Source: a virus (taxonomy: Duplodnaviria; Caudoviricetes). From it: a stretch of 33,380 nucleotides of DNA. Position 1 is the first letter of the stretch; the number at the start of each line of letters is the position of its first letter. Shown here one piece after another: positions 1 through 6,753 of this stretch. Made by a program: the position numbers and the translations under genes. The notes under the pieces are model-generated. The model saw only the letters and a list, made by a program, of their open reading frames with translations, was not told the origin of the DNA and searched no databases. The DNA is taken from IMG/VR virus record IMGVR_UViG_3300025101_000088, positions 1 through 33,380 of that record. One strand, 5' to 3'.

Positions 1-53
1 TTCATCGCCGTTTTAGGGGGGTTGCCCTGTGGCAAAAATACAACAGTGTGGCA

Positions 54-86
54 AACCAGCCGCCAAGTACCTTTTGGCGGCTGGTT
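54..86 (-). terminator. Intrinsic terminator after ORF 95..625
   Basis: 13-bp inverted repeat AACCAGCCGCCAA / TTGGCGGCTGGTT just downstream of the stop codon, with only a short T tail. Confidence 0.7.
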
Positions 87-94
87 GCTAGGGG

Positions 95-625
95 TTAGCT
101 GCTAACCACCAGTTTACATAATGGGTTGCCCCAACCAACGCTGCTGGGGCTGCTGCCGCCAGCCATAGCCTTTAGTATAGGGTTTTGGTTTAGGCTGCTG
201 GTAACGCTGCTGCCGCTGTTGGCGGCAATAGCATTTACCATTGCCAATGGCACGGCGGCTGGCACTTGCGTTGGCACATTAGTTTTAAGCCAGCCAAAGC
301 TAGTTATAAACTTAGGCTTTGGCGCAATGTAGCCTTGTGCGCTAGGCTGCCAATATTTAGCTGGCAAGCCACCATTAACCATAACCCAAAGCATTTGCCC
401 AAAGTGGCCTATTGCCTTGCCGTTGGCTGGCTGCATAGCACGCCAAAAGTTAGCACCGCCCATAAGCGCATTGGCTTGCACGGCGGCTGGCAATAGCTGC
501 ACGTTAATATTGCCAATGCCATTAGCAGTAATAAACGCCTTAATAGCAAGGCTGCAATAAACGCCTTGGCTACCCAAATTTGCGGCTGTAAAAGCTGCCG
601 CTGCTTGTGTGTTTGTGTTACCCAT
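95..625 (-). CDS. Hypothetical early protein with no Asp/Glu; paralog of 1970..2428
   Basis: 176-aa ORF with SD-like AAGGGGT upstream and a terminator downstream. C-terminal GGSSPSSVGWGNPLCKLV resembles GGQSPSAKATWGNAFVELF. Confidence 0.85.
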   Translation of the reverse strand: MGNTNTQAAAAFTAANLGSQGVYCSLAIKAFITANGIGNINVQLLPAAVQANALMGGANFWRAMQPANGKAIGHFGQMLWVMVNGGLPAKYWQPSAQGYIAPKPKFITSFGWLKTNVPTQVPAAVPLAMVNAIAANSGSSVTSSLNQNPILKAMAGGSSPSSVGWGNPLCKLVVSS

Positions 626-678
626 TGGTAAACCCCTTTTTAGTTAATGCCGCCGCCCTATGCGGTGGCTACACCTAT

Positions 679-708
679 TTTATGCCATAGGTGGCATATG
701 CTTGTAAA
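679..708 (-). promoter_or_regulatory. Sigma70-like promoter with an overlapping palindrome
   Basis: Minus strand TTTACA-18 nt-CATAAA. Inverted repeat TATGCCA-TAGG-TGGCATA at 681-698. Confidence 0.5.
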
Positions 709-711
709 CCC

Positions 712-762
712 CTAAAAGCACATTGCTACAAAAATAATTACAAGCACACCTAGCAACCCCAT
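712..762 (-). CDS. Putative 16-aa hydrophobic peptide MGLLGVLVIIFVAMCF
   Basis: TAATG stop/start overlap with the upstream ORF; entirely hydrophobic. Confidence 0.35.
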   Translation of the reverse strand: MGLLGVLVIIFVAMCF

Positions 763-962
763 TAGCATTTGTGCCGCCATGCGCTTAAATAGCCAAAGCC
801 AAACAGCACCGCACCATAAACAAGCATAAAAGCATTTATGTAATGGTGGCTAAAAATAGGTGGCAGTACAAATGCGCCAGTGGCGGCAAACATTAAGGTA
901 ACGCCAGCCACCATGCATAAGGTGCAAAAAAACATATATAAATAAACCATAGTAAACCCCAT
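762..962 (-). CDS. Small two-TM membrane protein with no Asp/Glu (start possibly 950)
   Basis: Two hydrophobic segments; GGGGTTTACT precedes the ATG at 950. Confidence 0.65.
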   Translation of the reverse strand: MGFTMVYLYMFFCTLCMVAGVTLMFAATGAFVLPPIFSHHYINAFMLVYGAVLFGFGYLSAWRHKC

Positions 963-1070
963 TGGTTAGTTGCGTTATGTAAATAGCTAAAAGCTAAACC
1001 ACGCTCCGGCAAGTGGCAATGTGGTCAAACGCATCGCTGCCAGATTTGTTTATGATATGATATTATATAA

Positions 1071-1125
1071 GGGATCATCCTAATGATCGGATGGATAGAC
1101 AGTCAATCCATCCATCCATCCGTCA
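1071..1125. repeat. TC/GA-dense spacer with (TCCA)n
   Basis: TCAATCCATCCATCC at 1103-1117 is repeated exactly at 1917-1931. Confidence 0.8.
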
Positions 1126-1131
1126 GGGTAC

Positions 1132-1165
1132 AAAAAATGGTAGGGCAACCGAAGTCGCCCTACCG
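1132..1165 (-). terminator. Intrinsic terminator
   Basis: Minus strand GGTAGGGCGAC-TTCG-GTTGCCCTACC followed by ATTTTTT; C(UUCG)G loop. Confidence 0.9.
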
Positions 1166-1171
1166 CTGGGG

Positions 1172-1516
1172 TTAGCCTATTTCATGGTACGTCCAATTAC
1201 CAATAGCCATGTGTGGCATGAGGTCTGGCTCGTCACAGCTGCACCATGCCCAGCCGTTATTAGGCCGCTCCTCAAATTGGCTCCAATTACCACGGTCATC
1301 GTACCAGTAAATTATGCAGTCTTGGTTGCTCCAACTTGGCGCATCGTCCTCGTCAAAGAGCTCCTTATCGCTTTGGTAGTTAATGTACACATTACGATAA
1401 AACCGTAACCCCACAATAAGGTTGCCGACCTCTTGTATGCTGGCAGTATGCCCTACCGCCAGCCGTGTCGTAAAACTATTGTGGTGGTCAATTATATAAA
1501 CACCATACTTAGCCAT
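1172..1516 (-). CDS. Hypothetical protein
   Basis: 114-aa ORF with GGAGGT RBS, TAATG coupling to the upstream gene and a terminator after the stop. Confidence 0.8.
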   Translation of the reverse strand: MAKYGVYIIDHHNSFTTRLAVGHTASIQEVGNLIVGLRFYRNVYINYQSDKELFDEDDAPSWSNQDCIIYWYDDRGNWSQFEERPNNGWAWCSCDEPDLMPHMAIGNWTYHEIG

Positions 1517-1728
1517 TACTTGACCTCCTTTTGCTCAAGGTAAAGCATAGCTAGCTTACCTATGACGTCGCCCTTGGGTATGCTTACACTACTAAGGCCA
1601 TGCTGCACCATGAGCTCACTTTGCATAATAGCTTGCACCTGTAGCACGAGCTCGTTTTGGCGCACAGTAAGCGCAACGCCTTTGGTAGCCCCTCGTTTCA
1701 AATTACCATTAGGTATTTTATTTGTCAT
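1516..1728 (-). CDS. Hypothetical protein (small, possibly DNA-binding)
   Basis: 70-aa ORF with GAGGT RBS, coupled to the next gene. Confidence 0.75.
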   Translation of the reverse strand: MTNKIPNGNLKRGATKGVALTVRQNELVLQVQAIMQSELMVQHGLSSVSIPKGDVIGKLAMLYLEQKEVK

Positions 1729-1890
1729 TGTTACCTCGTTTTGTACCCGTTACCATTATTAGCAACAGTATTAAAGTAACACATGGTGCGTCACTGAGTG
1801 TCCTACTTGGTCACTCTGACGTCTTAAGATGTCTGGCTCTGATGTCTTTTGAGTTCATTAGTTATTGTGTATATGATAGTACATATACAC

Positions 1891-1931
1891 GAAGGATCGT
1901 CATCCATCCGTTTCTATCAATCCATCCATCC
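1891..1931. repeat. TC/GA-dense spacer with (TCCA)n
   Basis: CATCCATCCGT and TCAATCCATCCATCC are shared with 1103-1123. Confidence 0.8.
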
Positions 1932-1964
1932 AAAAAAGAAGGGCGACCAATCGGCCGCCCATCC
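1932..1964 (-). terminator. Intrinsic terminator
   Basis: Minus strand GGGCGGCC-GATT-GGTCGCCC followed by TTCTTTTTT. Confidence 0.85.
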
Positions 1965-1969
1965 TGTGA

Positions 1970-2428
1970 TTACTTGGCTGGGATAACGAACAGCTCAACG
2001 AAAGCATTGCCCCATGTCGCCTTGGCTGATGGGGACTGTCCACCATTAAGCGCGTCCAACAAAGCATGGAAGCGACGTGCTTTAATGGCGCGATGCGCAT
2101 TGTCCACGTCTGTTAAGGTGATCGGGTCCATGTGGGAGTTGATCAACTGCCAGACTACCATGCCGCGGAGCGACATTTTGGGCGACCCGTCAGCGTCCCA
2201 TAAGGTTTTCTTCTTTTCCCAAGGGAAGGGGAGCTCCGTAGCAGGGTCAACCTCAACAATGGTGCGGACGCCTACATTGTTTGGATTGCCACCAGCATGC
2301 TGCTGGACAAACGTAAAGATGTCCTCGGCAGTAACGCCTTGGGACTTGCGATCCTCAGGCAACTCATTGATACCACGAAAAACGACTTCTGCCACTTGGG
2401 ACTTTTTAACTACAGCTGATTTAGCCAT
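1970..2428 (-). CDS. Hypothetical protein; paralog of 95..625
   Basis: 152-aa ORF with AAGGAG RBS, its own promoter and terminator. Shares SQGV, G.M.W...N and GG.SPS...WGN motifs with 95..625. Confidence 0.88.
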   Translation of the reverse strand: MAKSAVVKKSQVAEVVFRGINELPEDRKSQGVTAEDIFTFVQQHAGGNPNNVGVRTIVEVDPATELPFPWEKKKTLWDADGSPKMSLRGMVVWQLINSHMDPITLTDVDNAHRAIKARRFHALLDALNGGQSPSAKATWGNAFVELFVIPAK

Positions 2429-2484
2429 AACGATGCTCCTTTCTACGAGCAGTACCGCGACACCATTGCCGCTTTGGTAAGTAT

Positions 2485-2513
2485 AGAGTAGCGCAGTTGA
2501 TGGCTGATGTAAA
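2485..2513 (-). promoter_or_regulatory. Sigma70-like promoter
   Basis: Minus strand TTTACA-17 nt-TACTCT. Confidence 0.6.
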
Positions 2514-2577
2514 CACTTATTTTATCATTTTGAGTAAAAAAGATGCCGCCATATCTGAGGCCAGATGTCTTTTGATC

Positions 2578-3003
2578 TCAGGAATCATCGCTCTTCATCA
2601 GTCGTCCGAGTACTCTTGCCCATCCATCATGGTCAATCGGCCATTCCATCCGATCATCGTAGACTGGATCTCCATCCATCAATCTCTGGCTCAGGTGCCG
2701 ACCATCCAAAAATAATAGCTGGCCTGATGAAGGATGATGAACCAAGTTCCAAACGCATCCACCAACAGAGGTTCTTGAGGTCTGCCATGCTATTTGATGA
2801 GGACGCCACTGTGGGAACTTCTTGTCAGACTTTGTCGTAAGAACCTTTAGCTCAACCCAGAAGTCCTTGCCGTTCAAGCAACCGTTGACGTCAGGCACTC
2901 CTGGACTAGCCCACGACTCCATCCTAGTCCAATGCACCCCGAGGGACTTGGTTCCATCCCGTAGTGATTTCCAAAATTTAGACTCAGGTTTCTTTGTTGC
3001 CAT
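2578..3003 (-). CDS. PD-(D/E)XK nuclease, Holliday junction resolvase/VRR-NUC-like
   Basis: E..FW...RME...GVPD...WVELK...HQIAW motif pattern. Confidence 0.85.
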   Translation of the reverse strand: MATKKPESKFWKSLRDGTKSLGVHWTRMESWASPGVPDVNGCLNGKDFWVELKVLTTKSDKKFPQWRPHQIAWQTSRTSVGGCVWNLVHHPSSGQLLFLDGRHLSQRLMDGDPVYDDRMEWPIDHDGWARVLGRLMKSDDS

Positions 3004-3538
3004 CAGGTAGAACCTCCAAGTTATCCATGTCTATGACAGGGCTGGTTGCTTCTACCAATGCTGGGAACTCTTGCTGGATACGCTTAATTTCATTGACCAC
3101 TTCTTCTTTACTCATTTGGTCAATCTTACCATGCAGTATTTCTTTGCGATCAATGTACAGCCCAGCCGCCTGACCTCTTGACTTTTCAGCTGTGACCGCC
3201 GCCGCATAGTTTCCATTCTGCAAAGCCACATCACGGAGTTGTGCTAACTTCTGCACATGGCTTTCAAAAGTTACCTCATACTTCTGCTGTAACTCTTTTT
3301 TGATTTCACGCACCCTGTCCAAAACCTGTGGATAGCTACGTCCGTTAAGCATATGACTTGCAATAGAGTGTGCATTAGATTCAGCGTACCCTGCCCTGAT
3401 CGCTGCTTCCGTTTGCGTAACCTCTTCTGTAGCATAAATCATTGCAAACTTTTCCTGCATGGGTGTCAGCCCTTTTTCCACCCGAGGGTTAGCTACAATG
3501 TCCAAACTATTTTTATGAGTGACTTTTGCCTTTGCCAT
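2984..3538 (-). CDS. terS: Terminase small subunit
   Basis: LTPMQEKFA..Y....TQTEAAIRAGY...A...AS.ML..PQV HTH signature of Terminase_2. Confidence 0.85.
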   Translation of the reverse strand: MAKAKVTHKNSLDIVANPRVEKGLTPMQEKFAMIYATEEVTQTEAAIRAGYAESNAHSIASHMLNGRSYPQVLDRVREIKKELQQKYEVTFESHVQKLAQLRDVALQNGNYAAAVTAEKSRGQAAGLYIDRKEILHGKIDQMSKEEVVNEIKRIQQEFPALVEATSPVIDMDNLEVLPDGNKET

Positions 3539-3874
3539 AAAGTCATACTACTTTTCTATAATAGGAAGGTAAATAGAAATCGAGTCATTACAAAAAACCA
3601 ACCGCTTCAAGTCGCGTAGCTGTCTAAAGTTTTAGACATAATATATGATTCAGTAACATAACCCTTTGATATGATTGTATAGCCAGATAACATATATTTG
3701 AATATCGGATAGAGTACCATACCCCATATTTCATTTCTGGTACTATATATAAAAGTGATGCAATATCAGAGAGCCATGATCCGTAGACCATGACCCTTGA
3801 CCCTTTTGTTGTTTACAGAAGTTGAATTAGCACAGCGATTATTGTTGGCAATGTATCCCAGATCATATCCATAT

Positions 3875-4279
3875 CTACCACCAACAGTGATACACGACTT
3901 GTGTACCTTCTGCCATTGCTTGCCGAGCGGCTGTTACAAACTGATGGTCATATTCCATATGCTCTTTTACCGACTCCTCTTGGAATTGGTGACCATAGAA
4001 AAAACCACCTTCACTAATATTTTCGGCGTACCCTGTGAGTACAGCTTTTTCAAGCTGGTCAATATCAGATTCGGTAAGTACCATATCATTGCAGTTAAGC
4101 TCAACGTCTGGTCTGCCAGTTTTTTCAACCCACAGTTTCTCCATAAAATCTTGAAGCCGAGCATGTTTACGCCAGTAAAACTCTTGGTCAGCCATTTTTA
4201 CAGTATACTCTTTACCAGTATCTGTATCGGTGCGTTTTTCGGTTTTAACACCAATCATACCATATTGATCAAGTCCCAT
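3875..4279 (-). CDS. Conserved phage hypothetical protein (MGLD...YWRKH type)
   Basis: MGLDQY, YWRKH..L, GFFYG and terminal Y.CWW motifs; AGGAGG RBS. Confidence 0.85.
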   Translation of the reverse strand: MGLDQYGMIGVKTEKRTDTDTGKEYTVKMADQEFYWRKHARLQDFMEKLWVEKTGRPDVELNCNDMVLTESDIDQLEKAVLTGYAENISEGGFFYGHQFQEESVKEHMEYDHQFVTAARQAMAEGTQVVYHCWW

Positions 4280-4291
4280 TGAAACCTCCTT

Positions 4292-4684
4292 CTAACATTC
4301 TGCTTCAAACACGCACTGTCCTTGCTCAGTGATAGACCCTAAAATTTTAGTGCCTAACTCATACCTCGCATACCATTGTAAGATATTCTTAACATCTTTT
4401 TCAGTAAAACGAGTATCACAATGCTTGTTAAGATATTCCATTAAACGTACATCACTGTAACTATCGTTTGCCTTAAAAAATTCGTCCAAATGAGATTTGG
4501 CATCGCCTAATTCTTTAAGACATGTTTCCAAGCCAGTACGAACACTAGGTTTATGCTCCTCATAAAACTCATATTCAAGGTGAGCAGGTTGGTAGCCTTC
4601 TACACCAAAAAAATCCGCATCATCAGATGACTGCACGGCAAACCAAAATTTGCCTTCAATATCGCCTTGGTAATATCTTCCCAT
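4292..4684 (-). CDS. Conserved phage hypothetical protein
   Basis: MGRYYQGDIEGKFWFAVQSSDDA N-terminus; AGGAGG RBS. Confidence 0.85.
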   Translation of the reverse strand: MGRYYQGDIEGKFWFAVQSSDDADFFGVEGYQPAHLEYEFYEEHKPSVRTGLETCLKELGDAKSHLDEFFKANDSYSDVRLMEYLNKHCDTRFTEKDVKNILQWYARYELGTKILGSITEQGQCVFEAEC

Positions 4685-4693
4685 TGAAACCTC

Positions 4694-4930
4694 CTATATA
4701 TCTAATTCTTTGCAACTTGTTTGATAAGCCACATCTTCTTCACAAATAGGACATGGTGTTTTATCCATATCGCTATATACCCGAGCATAATTATTGCCGA
4801 GCATTGGCATACCGCAAAGAGTGGTATGCGCTCCCGGAACACTGAAGTGCTGTTGGCCGAGTTTTTTAGTCCACTCATGCAAGCCAAGATCACTAGCAAC
4901 TTTGGAAACATAATTTATAACTTCACTCAT
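4694..4930 (-). CDS. Small putative zinc-binding protein
   Basis: GGAGG RBS before the ATG at 4930; H...LCG...CPIC ligands. Confidence 0.75.
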   Translation of the reverse strand: MSEVINYVSKVASDLGLHEWTKKLGQQHFSVPGAHTTLCGMPMLGNNYARVYSDMDKTPCPICEEDVAYQTSCKELDI

Positions 4931-4972
4931 TGAAACCTCCATTGGTTGAGTCCGTAAGCAACTGCCTACCCC

Positions 4973-5001
4973 TATATAATAAGGTGTGATGCCCCAAAGA
5001 G
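4973..5001 (-). promoter_or_regulatory. Repeated upstream motif, copy 1 (putative phage promoter or operator)
   Basis: TATATAATAAGGTGTGATGCCCCAAAGAG, near-identical to 5432-5459. Confidence 0.6.
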
Positions 5002-5031
5002 TATAAGTAATTACTCTTTGGGACTATTTTG

Positions 5032-5094
5032 TTAATCGTATACCCACGCAATGATGAGCAGCATTATCACACCTAAAACGGCAAAGAGTATCAT
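5032..5094 (-). CDS. Putative 20-aa membrane peptide MILFAVLGVIMLLIIAWVYD
   Basis: ATGA overlap with the stop of 5091..5390; a single TM helix. Confidence 0.4.
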   Translation of the reverse strand: MILFAVLGVIMLLIIAWVYD

Positions 5095-5390
5095 GCCGCC
5101 CAACGATCAGCTTGTAAGGCTATAATGTAATCGTAAATAGCCTGTTGCCCTTCTTCATCCTGAGCATAGATTACCTTGCGGCAAGTTTCAAACCCATGCC
5201 CGTCAAACTGCACATTGGTTAAAAGATAATGTGTAACCTGACCAACTTCCTGAGGGATATAAACTGTGGTGATGGCAATAAACTGGTCATCACTGATATC
5301 CACGGTGAGGACATTTTCATTGAGGATAGGGTCGCTGAAAAACTTGCCATCAGCGAGGACTTTTACGCTTTTAAGAAATTGAGTAGCCAT
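5091..5390 (-). CDS. Hypothetical protein
   Basis: 99-aa ORF with AGGAGG RBS. Confidence 0.8.
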   Translation of the reverse strand: MATQFLKSVKVLADGKFFSDPILNENVLTVDISDDQFIAITTVYIPQEVGQVTHYLLTNVQFDGHGFETCRKVIYAQDEEGQQAIYDYIIALQADRWAA

Positions 5391-5431
5391 TGCTACCTCC
5401 TTTTGTTGATGTAGCCCCTATTGGCTACCAT

Positions 5432-5459
5432 TATATAATAAAGTCTGATGGGCAAAGAG
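5432..5459 (-). promoter_or_regulatory. Repeated upstream motif, copy 2
   Basis: TATATAATAAAGTCTGATGGGCAAAGAG. Confidence 0.6.
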
Positions 5460-5481
5460 GTTGTTCTAATAACTCATCATG

Positions 5482-5511
5482 AATAAAAAGACGGTCGCCG
5501 TAGCGACCGCC
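5482..5511 (-). terminator. Intrinsic terminator
   Basis: Minus strand GGCGGTCGC-TACG-GCGACCGTC followed by TTTTTATT. Confidence 0.88.
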
Positions 5512-5531
5512 AGTACTCTAAGGGAGGAAGT

Positions 5532-5753
5532 TTATGATTGCTCATCTTTTAACATCGCGCAAGTAGCATCCGCAAGATTCTGTGCGCGGATACCAGTATG
5601 CTCATCTATGAATACTTCTATTTCATCAGGATCCATCAATCCGCATTTATTAAGTTCTTCAGCACAATGCCGTGCATCAATCTCACCATCGATGAATTGG
5701 TTTTGGATATGCTCTGTAACTTCCATCGCCCATGCTTTGACTTTACCCATCAC
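5532..5753 (-). CDS. Hypothetical protein
   Basis: MGKVKAWAME N-terminus common in marine phages; GGAGG RBS. Confidence 0.8.
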   Translation of the reverse strand: MMGKVKAWAMEVTEHIQNQFIDGEIDARHCAEELNKCGLMDPDEIEVFIDEHTGIRAQNLADATCAMLKDEQS

Positions 5754-5961
5754 CCATTACCTCCATTGCTTTTTTTGCTGAAGAAGCCCTCATTGAAATA
5801 TCTGGTATCTCCTCATCAAACAACTGAGAGAATGTATCTTCTAATAAATCCCCAACAGTATCTTGATTATCTGTACCGCCATGAACACGTTTAGTATCTA
5901 ACAATCCGTTTACTTTCAATGTTTTGTAAACATCTATCAGATTAAAATATACCTCATCCAT
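5743..5961 (-). CDS. Hypothetical protein
   Basis: 72-aa ORF translationally coupled to its neighbours. Confidence 0.7.
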   Translation of the reverse strand: MDEVYFNLIDVYKTLKVNGLLDTKRVHGGTDNQDTVGDLLEDTFSQLFDEEIPDISMRASSAKKAMEVMGDG

Positions 5962-6347
5962 TAGTACTCTCCTGGAAGCATAAGTACGCCATCCTGTAAA
6001 AAGAAGCGGTAAGGTGTTTCCATCCGTGGTAAATCAGTATACTCAACATGGCGAGTATGCAGGGTTACTGGACCATCACCTTTATCACCATCTGTAGCTA
6101 CTATCAATGCACCATTAGCACTATCAATAGTTATACTAATAAAGATAATAGGGTCTTCCTCACTTAATAGTTCAAGGAACTCAGTGGCTATAATATCCAT
6201 AAGCCAGTAAGCCCCCATCGTATCAGCAAAATGTTTAGCACCCTCAGTAAGTCGCAACTCTGGTGTGAGTGGCAACTTATGTGAATATTGAGTTAGACCA
6301 CCAGTAAAGGCATCTAAATCAAATATTAAGTCTCTTGCATTATTCAT
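5961..6347 (-). CDS. DUF6876-like protein
   Basis: FTG...Y....LTEGAK..A...GAYWLMDII...DGD...EYTD.P...VLMLP.EY pattern. Confidence 0.8.
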   Translation of the reverse strand: MNNARDLIFDLDAFTGGLTQYSHKLPLTPELRLTEGAKHFADTMGAYWLMDIIATEFLELLSEEDPIIFISITIDSANGALIVATDGDKGDGPVTLHTRHVEYTDLPRMETPYRFFLQDGVLMLPGEY

Positions 6348-6632
6348 TTAATCCTCCAATCCGTATAAAATGTTATGGATAAAGGCTGGCTTACTTTTAT
6401 CAAGTTTAAGTTTGCCATTCACCCAATCATAATAGCCATATATTCGCGGCTTACGACTGCCTTTCATAACAACAATTTCTTGTATATCCTCGGGTGAAAT
6501 ATTTAGGGAGCGGTCAAGTAATCTAGCAATATAATTACTGAGATCCTTGAGTGTAGGAACCATAGGAAGTAGTACCTGTCCCCCCTGTTTACTACGAAGA
6601 ATCATTTGGCCGTGATAACTGATTCGTGCCAT
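6348..6632 (-). CDS. Hypothetical protein
   Basis: 94-aa ORF with AAGGAG RBS, abutting the next gene. Confidence 0.8.
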   Translation of the reverse strand: MARISYHGQMILRSKQGGQVLLPMVPTLKDLSNYIARLLDRSLNISPEDIQEIVVMKGSRKPRIYGYYDWVNGKLKLDKSKPAFIHNILYGLED

Positions 6633-6753
6633 ACCTGACTCCTTTCTGCGAGTTAAGGTTATAGTTTAATAATAAAGTATGACCCTATGATTACAATAAT
6701 AAAAATATCTAAATAATCGTTTAGGTGTTCCACGGATTGTCTTTCAATGTTTT

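Larger units (their letters stand above)
7..1004. other. GA/TC-dinucleotide-free zone
   Basis: Read base by base: last TC at 5-6, next TC at 1005-1006, and no GA in between. Confidence 0.95.

Noticed and set aside
7-1004. UV pyrimidine-dimer avoidance or amino-acid composition as the cause of the void
   Set aside because: TT, CT and CC are abundant there, and the void also covers non-coding DNA, codon junctions and SD sites.
1722-2480. Long plus-strand ORFs (e.g. 1722..2480, 3797..4282, 15050..15631, 15969..16475, 26211..26645)
   Set aside because: They are antisense shadows of minus-strand genes that have RBSs, motifs and terminators.
1071-2740. CRISPR-like array from the recurring TCCATCCATC words
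   Set aside because: The repeats are short, low-complexity and irregularly spaced around whole genes, with no constant repeat-spacer period and no cas genes.
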